From the NCBI GenBank assembly GCA_021498095.1, contig JAIZWK010000001.1, positions 3,900,001 through 3,932,000 on the forward strand: DNA of 32,000 nt. Reading direction: 5' to 3'. Positions 8,313-17,667 of this stretch are shown here, piece after piece (position 1 is the stretch's first letter; every line of letters begins with the position of its first letter). A program made the position numbers and the translations under genes. This DNA comes from Candidatus Harpocratesius repetitus. Lineage in GTDB: Archaea; Asgardarchaeota; Lokiarchaeia; Sigyniarchaeales; Promethearchaeaceae. A model generated the notes under the pieces. That model saw only the letters and a list, made by a program, of their open reading frames with translations, ran no database searches and was not told where the DNA came from.

Positions 8313-9110
8313 ATGATTTCACGAAGAATTGAAATATTACGCTTAGATTATCTATTTGCGGTTATCGTGCCTACATTGATGGCTATATTTCTTAATAGAT
8401 TGGATTTGAAGAAATATTGGAATTTGATTGTAGCATTTAGTTTTTTTGGAATCAGCGGCAATATTATTAATGACATTTTTGATCGCAAAGAAGACACAGA
8501 TTTAGAAGCTCAAGATCGGACAAAAGGGTATAAAAATAAAGAATTGTGGGCAATTGCAATAGTAAGTGGAACACTTGGATTAACATTACTCGTCCCAATC
8601 ATATTTGTGTTTCCTATAATTGGATTGTATTCAGGTTTAGCATTTGGTTTAGTAATAATTTACTGTGTGAAAAAAAAAATACCCATCTTAAATCAAGTAT
8701 TGCTTGCTATGAGTCACATAATCATTCCCTATCTTATAATAAAAACTATTGCAGATCTCATTCATCCACTACTTTCATTGGGGGAGTTTTTTTTCTTGAT
8801 TGCACTTTTATTTTTTGCTGTATCAGGACAAACTGTTCATGAAATAATCGATGGAGACGCAATAAGTCGATTTTCATTGAAAACCCAGCAAAAAGTAGTA
8901 ATTGTTAGTGCGTTATTTTCAATTATCTTTGGATTTTTCGCAATTATTTTATTGCAAAATTATATTTTAATTGGTTTAGTATTAATTCCTGTTGGAACGA
9001 TATATTCTTTCAGACACCCAAAAAAATCAAGAAAATCCATAAAAGATACAGGAATTATAATGGGAAATCTGGTCATGGTATTTTTAATTGTATTAATTCT
9101 CTACTATTAG
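8313..9110 (+). CDS. UbiA-family prenyltransferase
   Basis: Polytopic membrane protein with first Asp-rich motif NIINDIFDRKED. Second motif reads HEIIDGD. Confidence 0.85.
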   Translation: MISRRIEILRLDYLFAVIVPTLMAIFLNRLDLKKYWNLIVAFSFFGISGNIINDIFDRKEDTDLEAQDRTKGYKNKELWAIAIVSGTLGLTLLVPIIFVFPIIGLYSGLAFGLVIIYCVKKKIPILNQVLLAMSHIIIPYLIIKTIADLIHPLLSLGEFFFLIALLFFAVSGQTVHEIIDGDAISRFSLKTQQKVVIVSALFSIIFGFFAIILLQNYILIGLVLIPVGTIYSFRHPKKSRKSIKDTGIIMGNLVMVFLIVLILYY

Positions 9111-9916
9111 TGAATAATTGAATTATCACTTTTTTTGGGCATTTTTTTAAATAAAAATCCAATATTCATTATTTTCGATAATGGTTGAAATTTTGCATCA
9201 AGCATCATCCAAAATTTACCAAAATCCACTATTTTATCCCAAATTTTTCTAAATGTCGGATTATTAAGGTATCTTTCTCTAAGTGTTAAAATTCCTTCTT
9301 CGGTTTCTGAAGGTTTAGCTGCTTGAAAGAATTGAACTTTCATTGCTTGTCCATAAACACCAAAAATCTTAAGAATTTTAAAAGAATAATCTCGAAATAA
9401 ATATTGTATATCATTAATCTCATACCTTCGATAATGGCCAATTAAAAGATCTTGGTAAGTGTAATATTTCATTCGATGAGGAACAGTTAAAAGTAAAATA
9501 CCTCCAGGTTTTAATATCCGGTTAATTTCAGACACAGCTAAATGATCTTCTTTTATATGTTCAATTACATCTAAAGCAGAGATAAAATCAAAAGTATTAT
9601 TTTGATATGGAAGATCTTGAAGAATTCCAATTGTAGGAAATTGATGAATATTAGTCTTAAATTGTGTGAGAGGGATTCGAGCAATATCAAAATAAAATCT
9701 TCTACGGATATGCTTTAAAAAGGGTAGAATTGAATTTCCACTACATCCTAAATCAAGCGCATTTATAAAATTACGATTGCCTAATTGTTCCTTGATGATA
9801 TCGAATTTTGCTTTTGTCCCTGGAGAAATAAAATAATCAACAAGTGTTCGTGCAGAAAAATTAACATGGCTATCATAAAATTCTTTCTTGTTTAGTATCT
9901 TGATATCTTTATTCAC
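9107..9916 (-). CDS. Class I SAM-dependent methyltransferase
   Basis: ALDLGCSG motif I, LPYQNNTFDFISALDVIEHI, ILKPGGILLLTVP, GHYRRY. GTG start. Its 3' end overlaps the convergent UbiA gene by 4 bp. Confidence 0.9.
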   Translation of the reverse strand: MNKDIKILNKKEFYDSHVNFSARTLVDYFISPGTKAKFDIIKEQLGNRNFINALDLGCSGNSILPFLKHIRRRFYFDIARIPLTQFKTNIHQFPTIGILQDLPYQNNTFDFISALDVIEHIKEDHLAVSEINRILKPGGILLLTVPHRMKYYTYQDLLIGHYRRYEINDIQYLFRDYSFKILKIFGVYGQAMKVQFFQAAKPSETEEGILTLRERYLNNPTFRKIWDKIVDFGKFWMMLDAKFQPLSKIMNIGFLFKKMPKKSDNSIIH

Positions 9917-10043
9917 AAAGAATAGTTAATTATTTTTCATAAAATTAATTTTGGAAAATATTGATCAAAAATCAAAAAAAAAAGCTTAAAATATTTTAAG
10001 AAGAAATACTATCTTATAGTAAATACCAAAATTGGAGATTCCC

Positions 10044-10658
10044 ATGTCTGAATTCACTACATCGTTAAAAAATTTCGGTAAAGCTGTTGGGATATATATC
10101 CTTTTAAATTTTGTTTTTATTATCCTTTTTCCATTGTTTAATGGCATCCCGATAGGATATTATATAACTGGAATGATTGGTAAGGATATTACCGGATTTG
10201 TTGTGGCCTTATTAATTCCTGGAGGAGGACTTCATTCAGGATATGTTTTTTCATCAACGAGTTATTATCTTGGGGATTTAATTAATTATTGGGGTACTCG
10301 TGAAAATTCAATTATGGGAAATATTCTTGGATTTTTATGGGTTTGGTTACCTGGTTTATTAAGTGCAATATTCATGGGTAAGATATTTTGTCAAGAACGC
10401 CCATCTAAAAGTTTTTGGAACGAATTCTGGGCAATTTTTGTTTTAACAATTCTTCCATTAATAATTGTGTTTGCTATTGAAATTAATGGAATCTATGAAT
10501 TGACTCAAAATATCATACCCTTATGGTTACGAACCCATACAGAAGCTGGAATTTCCATTAATTGGATACCAACAATGTATTTAAACGTAATTCTGATTGG
10601 ACTTTTTAATGGTTTGTTTTTTGGTGGTCTTGCATCCATCAGTTCAACTGAATTATAA
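10044..10658 (+). CDS. Hypothetical Gly-rich integral membrane protein
   Basis: About 4-5 hydrophobic segments. GGAG at 10034-10037 precedes ATG 10044. A T-rich tract follows the stop. Confidence 0.7.
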   Translation: MSEFTTSLKNFGKAVGIYILLNFVFIILFPLFNGIPIGYYITGMIGKDITGFVVALLIPGGGLHSGYVFSSTSYYLGDLINYWGTRENSIMGNILGFLWVWLPGLLSAIFMGKIFCQERPSKSFWNEFWAIFVLTILPLIIVFAIEINGIYELTQNIIPLWLRTHTEAGISINWIPTMYLNVILIGLFNGLFFGGLASISSTEL

Positions 10659-10679
10659 TAAATATTTTATTTTTGTTTT

Positions 10680-11146
10680 TTTTCATAATTTGACAACATA
10701 ATCTTCCGTCAATTTTTTTCCATTTTTGTTAATTGTAAACCATACATCATTGACCAACACAATCTGGCTATTTTTAATTATGAAGGATCAATTCACTGAC
10801 ACTTCGGTTTGAATTTTTTTCCCCCATTTTTCGTTTAATTGAAATAATCGTTGAATCTTCGAATTATTCCACTCATAAAAGAGAATTTTTGGGCTAAATC
10901 GCAGTGGAACAATGGTTTTTCCTAAGATTTCGTGTTAATTTTTGATCATAATATATGCATGAAGTCGCTGTTTTAAACCCTCAGGTGTTTTAGGACCAGT
11001 TTAATGCACACGAGTCTTAATCCCACTATTAATATTCTCCACCAGATTATTTAATAAAACTTTTGCCATAAACAGTCTTATATTTCCTTTATAGCAACTG
11101 TAACTGCGGAGAACACATTTTTTACCAGTTTGAGAGTTTTATAAAA
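10680..11146 (-). pseudogene. Degraded ORF remnant of unknown identity, interrupted by the ISH3-like element
   Basis: Protein-like minus-strand fragments broken by stops: ...RVH*TGPKTPEGLKQRLHAY and HEILGKTIVPLRFSPKILFYEWNNSKIQRLFQLNEKWGKKIQTEVSVN*SFIIKNSQIVLVNDVWFTINKNGKKLTEDYVVKL*. Confidence 0.3.
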
Positions 11147-12582
11147 CAGTTCTCAACGATTCGACAAAAATAAATATTTGATATAGCATGATTATCTAGT
11201 GTTTGCATCAACGAGAATAAATTAAATGGATACTTGAGTTATTGTATGAGCATAAAAACTCAAGCCGTGCATCGAATTTCACGATTCGGTACACATTATC
11301 CATATTTTAATAAGATTTCGTTCTTCAAAAATCTTGCGAAATCGATTCGACATACTTTAAACCTTTCAAATCAACGTATTGAGCGTAAATGGAGTTTAGA
11401 TGAAATTTTGACGGTTCTCTGCTATTGTTGGATTCGTGGTGTCTCAATTCATCATGCCTCCGAAAAATTGGAACGGTAAGCATCTAAATTTTTGAACTTT
11501 CAACCAAAAATATTTCATGATAGACGAAAATCACGCGCTTTTCCGCACCAAACAACAATTAATGATTGGTTACGTACCCAATCATCTGAAAAAATCGAGG
11601 AAATCTATCGAATTGTGTTTGAAAAAATGATTCAGCGTGTATTTTTAAAAAATCCTGATTGAACTAGTTATGTTTTAGAATTTGACCTTACATACTTAGA
11701 ATATTGAGGAAAACGGAGGGATGCGCTGATCAAAAAAAGTCGAATGGTTAAAGGTATCAGACGAATTCGCCATTATCATGGTGCGCTCATTCATGAAAAT
11801 TCTACTTCATTATTTATTGGTTGCCATCATGTTGCCAATCGAGAGTCGAAAATCCCTTTTATGCTAAAAATTGTGGATTGGCTCCAATATTTAGGTCTAA
11901 AAATAAAGATTTGTGTCATAGATCGCGAATATTATCGACACGATATTTTGAGATCATTTAAAGATCGTGATGTTTCTGTTGTCACTCCTGCTAAAAATTA
12001 TAAACAGCTGAAACTGGCCAAAGAACAGTATTTAAAAGGTGAAAAGGGCCGAATTCAGACATATTTCATAAGACCTAAATCAACTAATAATCGAAATAAG
12101 AAATTGATGCGCAATTGGGTACATTTATATCCAAAAGGTAATCAATCTTTAGGTGAAATAAAAACCGCTTATCGACAAGGATGTCTAAGTTTAGCAGAGG
12201 CATCCGAGCAAATTTATGGTTTAATTACCACTATTGCGCCACAATATCGCTCGAAATCGTTCGTGTATTTGATCAAGCGTTATTACAAAATGAGATGGCA
12301 GATCGAAACCGCTTTTCGCGATGTGGAGGTGCATAAAGGAATTTGGCGGTCAAACAACGATGCAACTCGACTCTTTGCTGAAATGGGGAAATATCTGCTC
12401 TTTAATATGTGGCAATTCGAACGAGATCAAATTCGCCCAGAGAGACGTTTGACCTTTCAAGAGTTTCGAGATTGGCTTGTAGATGAAATTTCTTAGACAA
12501 TTAACCTCTAAATCTTCAAATTTCGACTGAAACAAAAAAGGAAGGAAAGAAAATGTAAAAAACATTATTTCATTGGGAACTG
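11147..12582 (+). mobile_element. Full-length ISH3-like (IS4-superfamily DDE) insertion sequence, 1436 bp, inactivated
   Basis: Left end CAGTTCTCAACGA versus right end (reverse complement) CAGTTCCCAATGA, 11/13 match. ATAAAA is repeated directly at 11141-11146 and 12583-12588, a candidate 6-bp target duplication. Encodes a DDE transposase. Confidence 0.88.
11246..12496 (+). pseudogene. ISH3-like transposase pseudogene with three in-frame stops and no frameshift
   Basis: The ORF-track pieces at 11234 and 11744 are one reading frame of about 416 codons from ATG 11246. Stops are TAA 11477-11479, TGA 11660-11662 and TGA 11705-11707. Motifs LEFDLT, VIDREYY and YKMRWQIETAFR. Confidence 0.9.
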
Positions 12583-12640
12583 ATAAAAAATATCAATTTT
12601 TGCATATCCCTGCTTTTCATTGTCATAAGCATTAAAAAAG

Positions 12641-12760
12641 TGTACGTTTTGCTCTAAAACTTCAATGAAATTGTCAATAAGATTTTTTTGAAAGATAATT
12701 TTAAAATAATTTAAAAAATAAGACTTCTCTTAATTGATCCTTTATTCTTAAAAATAGTCC
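12641..12760 (-). repeat. 120-bp repeat X, copy A (probable end of a second mobile element)
   Basis: Aligns without gaps to 18051-18170 at 99/120 identity by manual count, with 47/50 in the last 50 bp. It ends sharply at ...AAAAATAGTCC (GGACTATTTTTAAG on the minus strand). Confidence 0.8.
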
Positions 12761-12780
12761 ACGATCTTTAAATAAAGATT

Positions 12781-13464
12781 TCATTTATTTTTTTCTAAAT
12801 TGATTTCTTCGAAAACGAGCTTTTCAAAATTTTCAATTTTCCTCATTTTTTTGTTCCACCTTAGGAAATGATGCCACTCAAAAAACATGTAAATTAATAA
12901 TCCAAACTCTGAAATACTGTTAAATACATGAAATAACAGATTTGGAGGCAGAGGTCCAGGAGGAATTAAGTGAAGATAGGTCAAAATAAACCTAATAGAC
13001 CATTGTAGATAAAACACAAATGTAATATTGATAACTAAAAACAAAAATCTAACAATATTCATGTATTTAATTAAATCATATAAAATTTTGATTAAAGAGG
13101 GAATTTCACGGGGTTCTTCATTGTCCTTCATTTGATTTTGATTGTCCAACCCATTAAAATAATTTTGAACGTTTTTAGATTTCTTCCTTAATAGCATCAA
13201 AAAGATGAATTTCATGAGGGCGAATAATGAGATCATCAAAAACACAATAAATGGTGTAATGATATCAAATACCGGTAAAGGAGGATGTTGGGGAGGAGGG
13301 GAGCGTTTCAAAATTTTAATTATATATACCATATTTACTATTTGCACGATAATGGAATAAATTGGAAATAAAATGCTTATAAAGAGGTATCTTTCTTGAT
13401 TATGCAGATATTTTAAACTGTTCTGCTGAATATCATTTTCGATTTCATTTTTTTTAGGAATCAT
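12781..13464 (-). CDS. Hypothetical 4-TM membrane protein with proline-rich loops
   Basis: Four hydrophobic segments with loops SPPPQHPPLP and PPGPLPPN. Lies 61 bp downstream of a wHTH gene on the same strand. Confidence 0.75.
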   Translation of the reverse strand: MIPKKNEIENDIQQNSLKYLHNQERYLFISILFPIYSIIVQIVNMVYIIKILKRSPPPQHPPLPVFDIITPFIVFLMISLFALMKFIFLMLLRKKSKNVQNYFNGLDNQNQMKDNEEPREIPSLIKILYDLIKYMNIVRFLFLVINITFVFYLQWSIRFILTYLHLIPPGPLPPNLLFHVFNSISEFGLLIYMFFEWHHFLRWNKKMRKIENFEKLVFEEINLEKNK

Positions 13465-13525
13465 ATATCGTTTCTCTCCTTTAACCAGTACATTTACTCT
13501 TTATAGCCTTAGAAATCTCCGAAAT

Positions 13526-13825
13526 TTATTCTAATTCCGCATTAATTTGCATAAACCATCTATAGCGTTCTTTTCCTTTTTCTGTTAAGTTATAGATGAT
13601 AATTTCCCTTTCACCCCATGGTTCTTTGCTGGATATAATATATCCTGCTTGTTCCATTTTGGTTAAGTATTTTTCTGCCGTGCTAGCTTTCAATTTGCAC
13701 CTCTTCAAGAGATGAGATTTCACAATCCCTTTTTTAGTCAAATAATGGCCTTGTTCTGCGCGAAATATCGCTTCTAATATAGATAATATGATCATATTCG
13801 ATGAGCGATATTTGGAGGTCACCAT
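13526..13825 (-). CDS. Archaeal winged helix-turn-helix regulator (HTH_45-like)
   Basis: YRSSNMIILSILEAI...GIVKSHLLKRCKL...AEKYLTKMEQAGYI...YNLTEKGKE pattern. Confidence 0.8.
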   Translation of the reverse strand: MVTSKYRSSNMIILSILEAIFRAEQGHYLTKKGIVKSHLLKRCKLKASTAEKYLTKMEQAGYIISSKEPWGEREIIIYNLTEKGKERYRWFMQINAELE

Positions 13826-13859
13826 GGTAATAATATCCCTTCTCTTAAAGAAATCTTTC

Positions 13860-13872
13860 AGAACAATGTTCT
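13860..13872. promoter_or_regulatory. 6-1-6 palindrome AGAACA-A-TGTTCT, candidate operator
   Basis: Perfect inverted repeat between the divergent wHTH and CotH genes. A second 4-1-4 palindrome GGTA-A-TACC is at 13877-13885. Confidence 0.4.
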
Positions 13873-13992
13873 ATTAGGTAATACCAAAGTTCTGAAACCA
13901 TTTATATCTTTTTTTCCGCTTTTCACTATTAGACAATTATTTCCTATCACTGCGATTAAATTATCGAGAAAATTAGAAAATATTCAGAGTAG

Positions 13993-16610
13993 ATGACTAA
14001 TGGTTTCAAGAGCAATTTTAAAAAATGGAAAAAAGGGAGATTTGCAGCATATTTATCCATATTTATGATTTTAATGTTTTTTCTGCAATTTTTAAATAGT
14101 ATTCAATATTTGGGAATCAATTCTGAGTCTAACAATTCCCTTTGGAACAGTAATATCCTCAATGAGAATATGAAAACTCCTGAATCAAGTGCTACACAAA
14201 CTGTTTTCGAAAATCTCACCACCCTAACCAGTTTGTACGAAACAAGTGATGAATTTTTCGCCTCAGAACAGATTCATGAAATATACTTGGAATTTGAGGA
14301 CGAAGATTGGTACGATACTCTATACCAATCCCATCAAAATGATGCGGAGGGTCCATATTTTCCCGTTACATTCAAATATCAAGACTTTGAATCAGAAATA
14401 GGAATTAATATGAAAGGTCATTCCAGTTTTCAACAAAGTGGGACAAAAAATCTTTTAGATTAGATTTTAATGAATATAATCAAAGTTGCAACTTCTACGG
14501 TCTTCAAAAATTAAATCTAAATAATGGCTTCTCAGATCCCACAATGTTGAGAGAAAAATTATTTTGGGATGTAGTAAATGAGTATGTTTCCTCCGTCCGT
14601 TGCAGTTTTGCCAAAGTTTTCATTAATGGTGAATACTATGGATTTTACACTGTGGTGGAGCAAATTGATGATGTGTTTTTCGAAAGTCGCTTCGGATCCC
14701 ATGAAGATGGAAATCTTTACCGCGCTGAGACTGCAGGAACTTTAGAATATCTCGGAGATTCCCAAGATCAGTATTCGAGTAAATATGAATTAAAAAATAA
14801 CGAAGAACTCAACGATTATTCCGACCTATATCTTTAACAAAGGCTTTAAACCAAGATATCACCAAAGACTATAAAGAAAATCTTGAAGAAATATTGGATG
14901 TAAACTCCACCCTCTATTCATTGGCACTTTTAAACATCTTCAGCAGTTTGGATTCCTATATCGGTTCAGCCCATAATTATTATCTCTATCATCGTCAAGA
15001 TACGGGTCAATTTCTTTTTCTTCTATGGGATGCAAATATGGCTTTCGGAACTTTTACGTATGGTTTGGATGAAAACGAAACACCATTAAATTTAGACCCA
15101 TTTTGGACCCCTACCTCGACATCTAACGATTTCCCGATAGGTGCTGGAAACGAGACAGATTTTATACAAAATGAAGATGTAATAGAAAATGCAGGGGAAA
15201 ATCAACCCCCCATGCCACCGATAAATCCCCCGGATAATCCATTTGGTCAACTTTCCAATGCCCGGCCATTGATTGAGAAGTTGCTTTCAATTCCTGAAAA
15301 TAATAGAACTTATCTGACTTTCATGGCAGAAATACTCACAAACCACTTTTCATGGGATATTATGGAATCTTCTGTCGAGAAGTATTGGGATTTAATCAAA
15401 ACAGATTTAAAGGCAGATCCCAATGCTTTGTTTACCATTGAGGAATCAGATTCGAACTTGATTCAAGACCTTTCCAGCCAAAGAATGCTGATACGGTTTG
15501 AAGAATTATGTTACCACACGTAAAGCATACTTAAGGAATTGGCTTCAAGATTATGCTAATCCGAACGAGGTGGTTATTAATGAAATAGGAATTAGCAAGA
15601 TCGAGGAAAATTACAATGATTCAGATGGAGAAATTTGGGTAGAACTCTATAATAACAGCCCTGGTATAATAAATATCGGTTCTTTTTTCCTAACTGATGA
15701 TTTAAAAGAGCCTTTAAAATGGTGTGTGGGAAATTGTTCAGGAAATAATCTTGAACTTAAACCAGGAGCCCCACTTGCATTCCAATTACCCTTAAAACTT
15801 TCTGAAATTGAATCAGAAAAATCGATGTTATACCTATTTTTTCAAAATGTAAATGAAAACGAGGTGAAAAAAGATCAAATAAATATTTCGCAACTTAAAT
15901 TAAACAACTCACTTGGACGTTATCCAGATGCTGCAAGTCAGTGGTATGTGTTTACAGATCATCCTTCTCCAAATAGTTCCAATCAGATGAATGATCCAAA
16001 AATAAACTATCCCACCACTTTGGTAATTAATGAAGTTTTAGCCGAAAACAGTCAAACAATAGAAGATCCTTATTCAAGTGGATTAACTGCTGGTTGGATT
16101 GAAATATATAACCATGGAAATTCAATTGTGGAATTAGATGGGCTTTATCTAACAAATAATTTAGAAGATCCAACCTTGTGGCGCTTTCCTGACAATTTAT
16201 CTTTATTGGCTGGAGAATATCTAATTATCTGGGCCAGTGGTCTAAATTCAGCTGAGAACCTCCAAACAAACTTTAAACTCAGCGGAAATGGAGAAGCACT
16301 GGCGTTGTTAGCATCTGATGGAAGAACCCTAATTGATAATGTATTTTTTGCAGATTCAATTACGGATTATTCCCAAGGCCGAATTCCTGATGGATCCGAG
16401 ATTTGGATGTATTATCTTCCCATACCTACGCCTGGTTTTGAAAATATAGTAATTGTTGATGAAGGCAAAGATTCCAGCACGGATTCATTATTTGCCGGGA
16501 TACTTTTCAGTACTTGCAGTTTAATTGGTCTTATTTTCATTTTCCAAAAAAGACACCGCCAGAAACAAAAAAAACTAGCGATTTTGGCCTTTCAATCAAA
16601 AAAACATTGA
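13993..16610 (+). pseudogene. CotH-kinase / lamin-tail-domain (x2) membrane-anchored protein of about 870 aa, split by three frameshifts
   Basis: CotH motifs: GINMKGHSS, KKSFRLDFN and GLQKLNLNN (restored across shift 1), MLREKL, VFINGEYYGFYTVVEQID, DSYIGSAHNYYLY, LLWDANMAFG. Two VINE...WIE(L/I)YN...L..F(F/Y)LT lamin-tail repeats. N-terminal and C-terminal TM segments. Shifts near 14450, 14830 and 15495. Confidence 0.85.
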
Positions 16611-16624
16611 AAACAGGTGATTCA

Positions 16625-17209
16625 ATGATTCAAACATATTTTAACCGCTATGAAATTAAATATCTAATCAGCTTAGCCCAGCGTGACAAAATGATTCAGT
16701 ATTTGAAAAACTTCATGCATTTAGATTCTCACACATCCAATGGGATAAATTATGAAGTAAGAAGTGCTTATTACGATTCTCCGGTTCGTAAAGCATTACA
16801 GGAGAAGATAAACGGCTTAAACGTTCGCAAAAAACTGAGAGTTAGATATTATCCAAATAGTAGTATGAATGGAAATAGCTTTGGAAATGATAAGATGGTA
16901 TTTCTGGAGATTAAGCGGAAATTTGGAGAAAATCTCAGCAAATCTCGAATTGTTGCCCCAATGCAAAATTGGAAATCGATAATAGATGAAAATTCAAATG
17001 AAGCAGCACTACATTTTAATTCATTATCTCCCAAAGAACGTCGCACTTTGAAAGAGATTTGGTTTCTCCGCCATAAATTCCACTTGTATCCCGATACTTC
17101 AAGGATGTGGGATGACTTTATTTTCCGAATTCCCTCTGCTTCGATAAAAGTAGTATCGTTCAAAACACATCGGAATCGCCGCAAAATGGCTAAAATTTCA
17201 AGGGATTAA
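16625..17209 (+). pseudogene. VTC (polyphosphate polymerase-like) domain protein, 3'-truncated
   Basis: NRYEIKYLIS, YEVRSAYYDS, RKKLRVRYY, VFLEIKRK and KSRI motifs. AGGTGA RBS at 16615-16620. After HLYP (about 17093) the expected C-terminal VTC motifs are absent. Confidence 0.75.
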
Positions 17210-17335
17210 CCTTAGCTATGCATTAATGGATTAAGTTTTTTTTTAATATTAAGAATTTTATACTATCTCTTATTTCAGTGTTTCATTCATTTAATATTCA
17301 CTCTATTGATCAAAAATGTACCAAACATTAACTTT

Positions 17336-17617
17336 CTAGAAAGGATCATCATATATATTTTCAAGATAGTATATTCCTTTTTCTGTTAATCCAAATAATT
17401 TCCCTTTTCTCCGATTAGGTGTTAGACAATGAAGCAAATCCATTTCAATTAGATGCTTTAGGATTGTACTAGTATGAGATGCAGATAAATTTAGTGAATT
17501 TGATAGATTGTTGGGAGTAGAAGGTCCGTTATATAAAAAAATTAGAATTTTTTGCATATATTTGGATGCAAGTATTTTTGAATGAATTTGCCATTTTTCT
17601 ATTTCGGAATCATCCAT
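17336..17617 (-). CDS. ArsR/MarR-type winged-helix regulator
   Basis: KILIFLYNGPSTPNNLSNSLNLSASHTSTILKHLIEMDLL...FGLTEKG. Confidence 0.85.
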   Translation of the reverse strand: MDDSEIEKWQIHSKILASKYMQKILIFLYNGPSTPNNLSNSLNLSASHTSTILKHLIEMDLLHCLTPNRRKGKLFGLTEKGIYYLENIYDDPF

Positions 17618-17667
17618 ATTTAAATTTAAAAAATTTTAGTATAAAAATTGAGCTATTTTAATTAAAA

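Noticed and set aside
11477-11707. Stop-codon recoding (TGA as Trp or Sec) rescuing the transposase
   Set aside because: One of the stops is TAA, where the sister copy has TGG. Many intact genes in the window end in TGA and use TGG for Trp.
13993-16610. Four separate genes, or a fully programmed multi-frameshift gene
   Set aside because: CotH motifs continue across each junction, so it is one gene. Three programmed shifts in different directions would give negligible product, and only the first site has a slippery heptamer.
17650-17663. GAGCTATTTTAATT as the missing partner end of repeat X
   Set aside because: It matches GGACTATTTTTAAG at only about 9 of 14 positions in AT-rich sequence, which is not distinguishable from chance.
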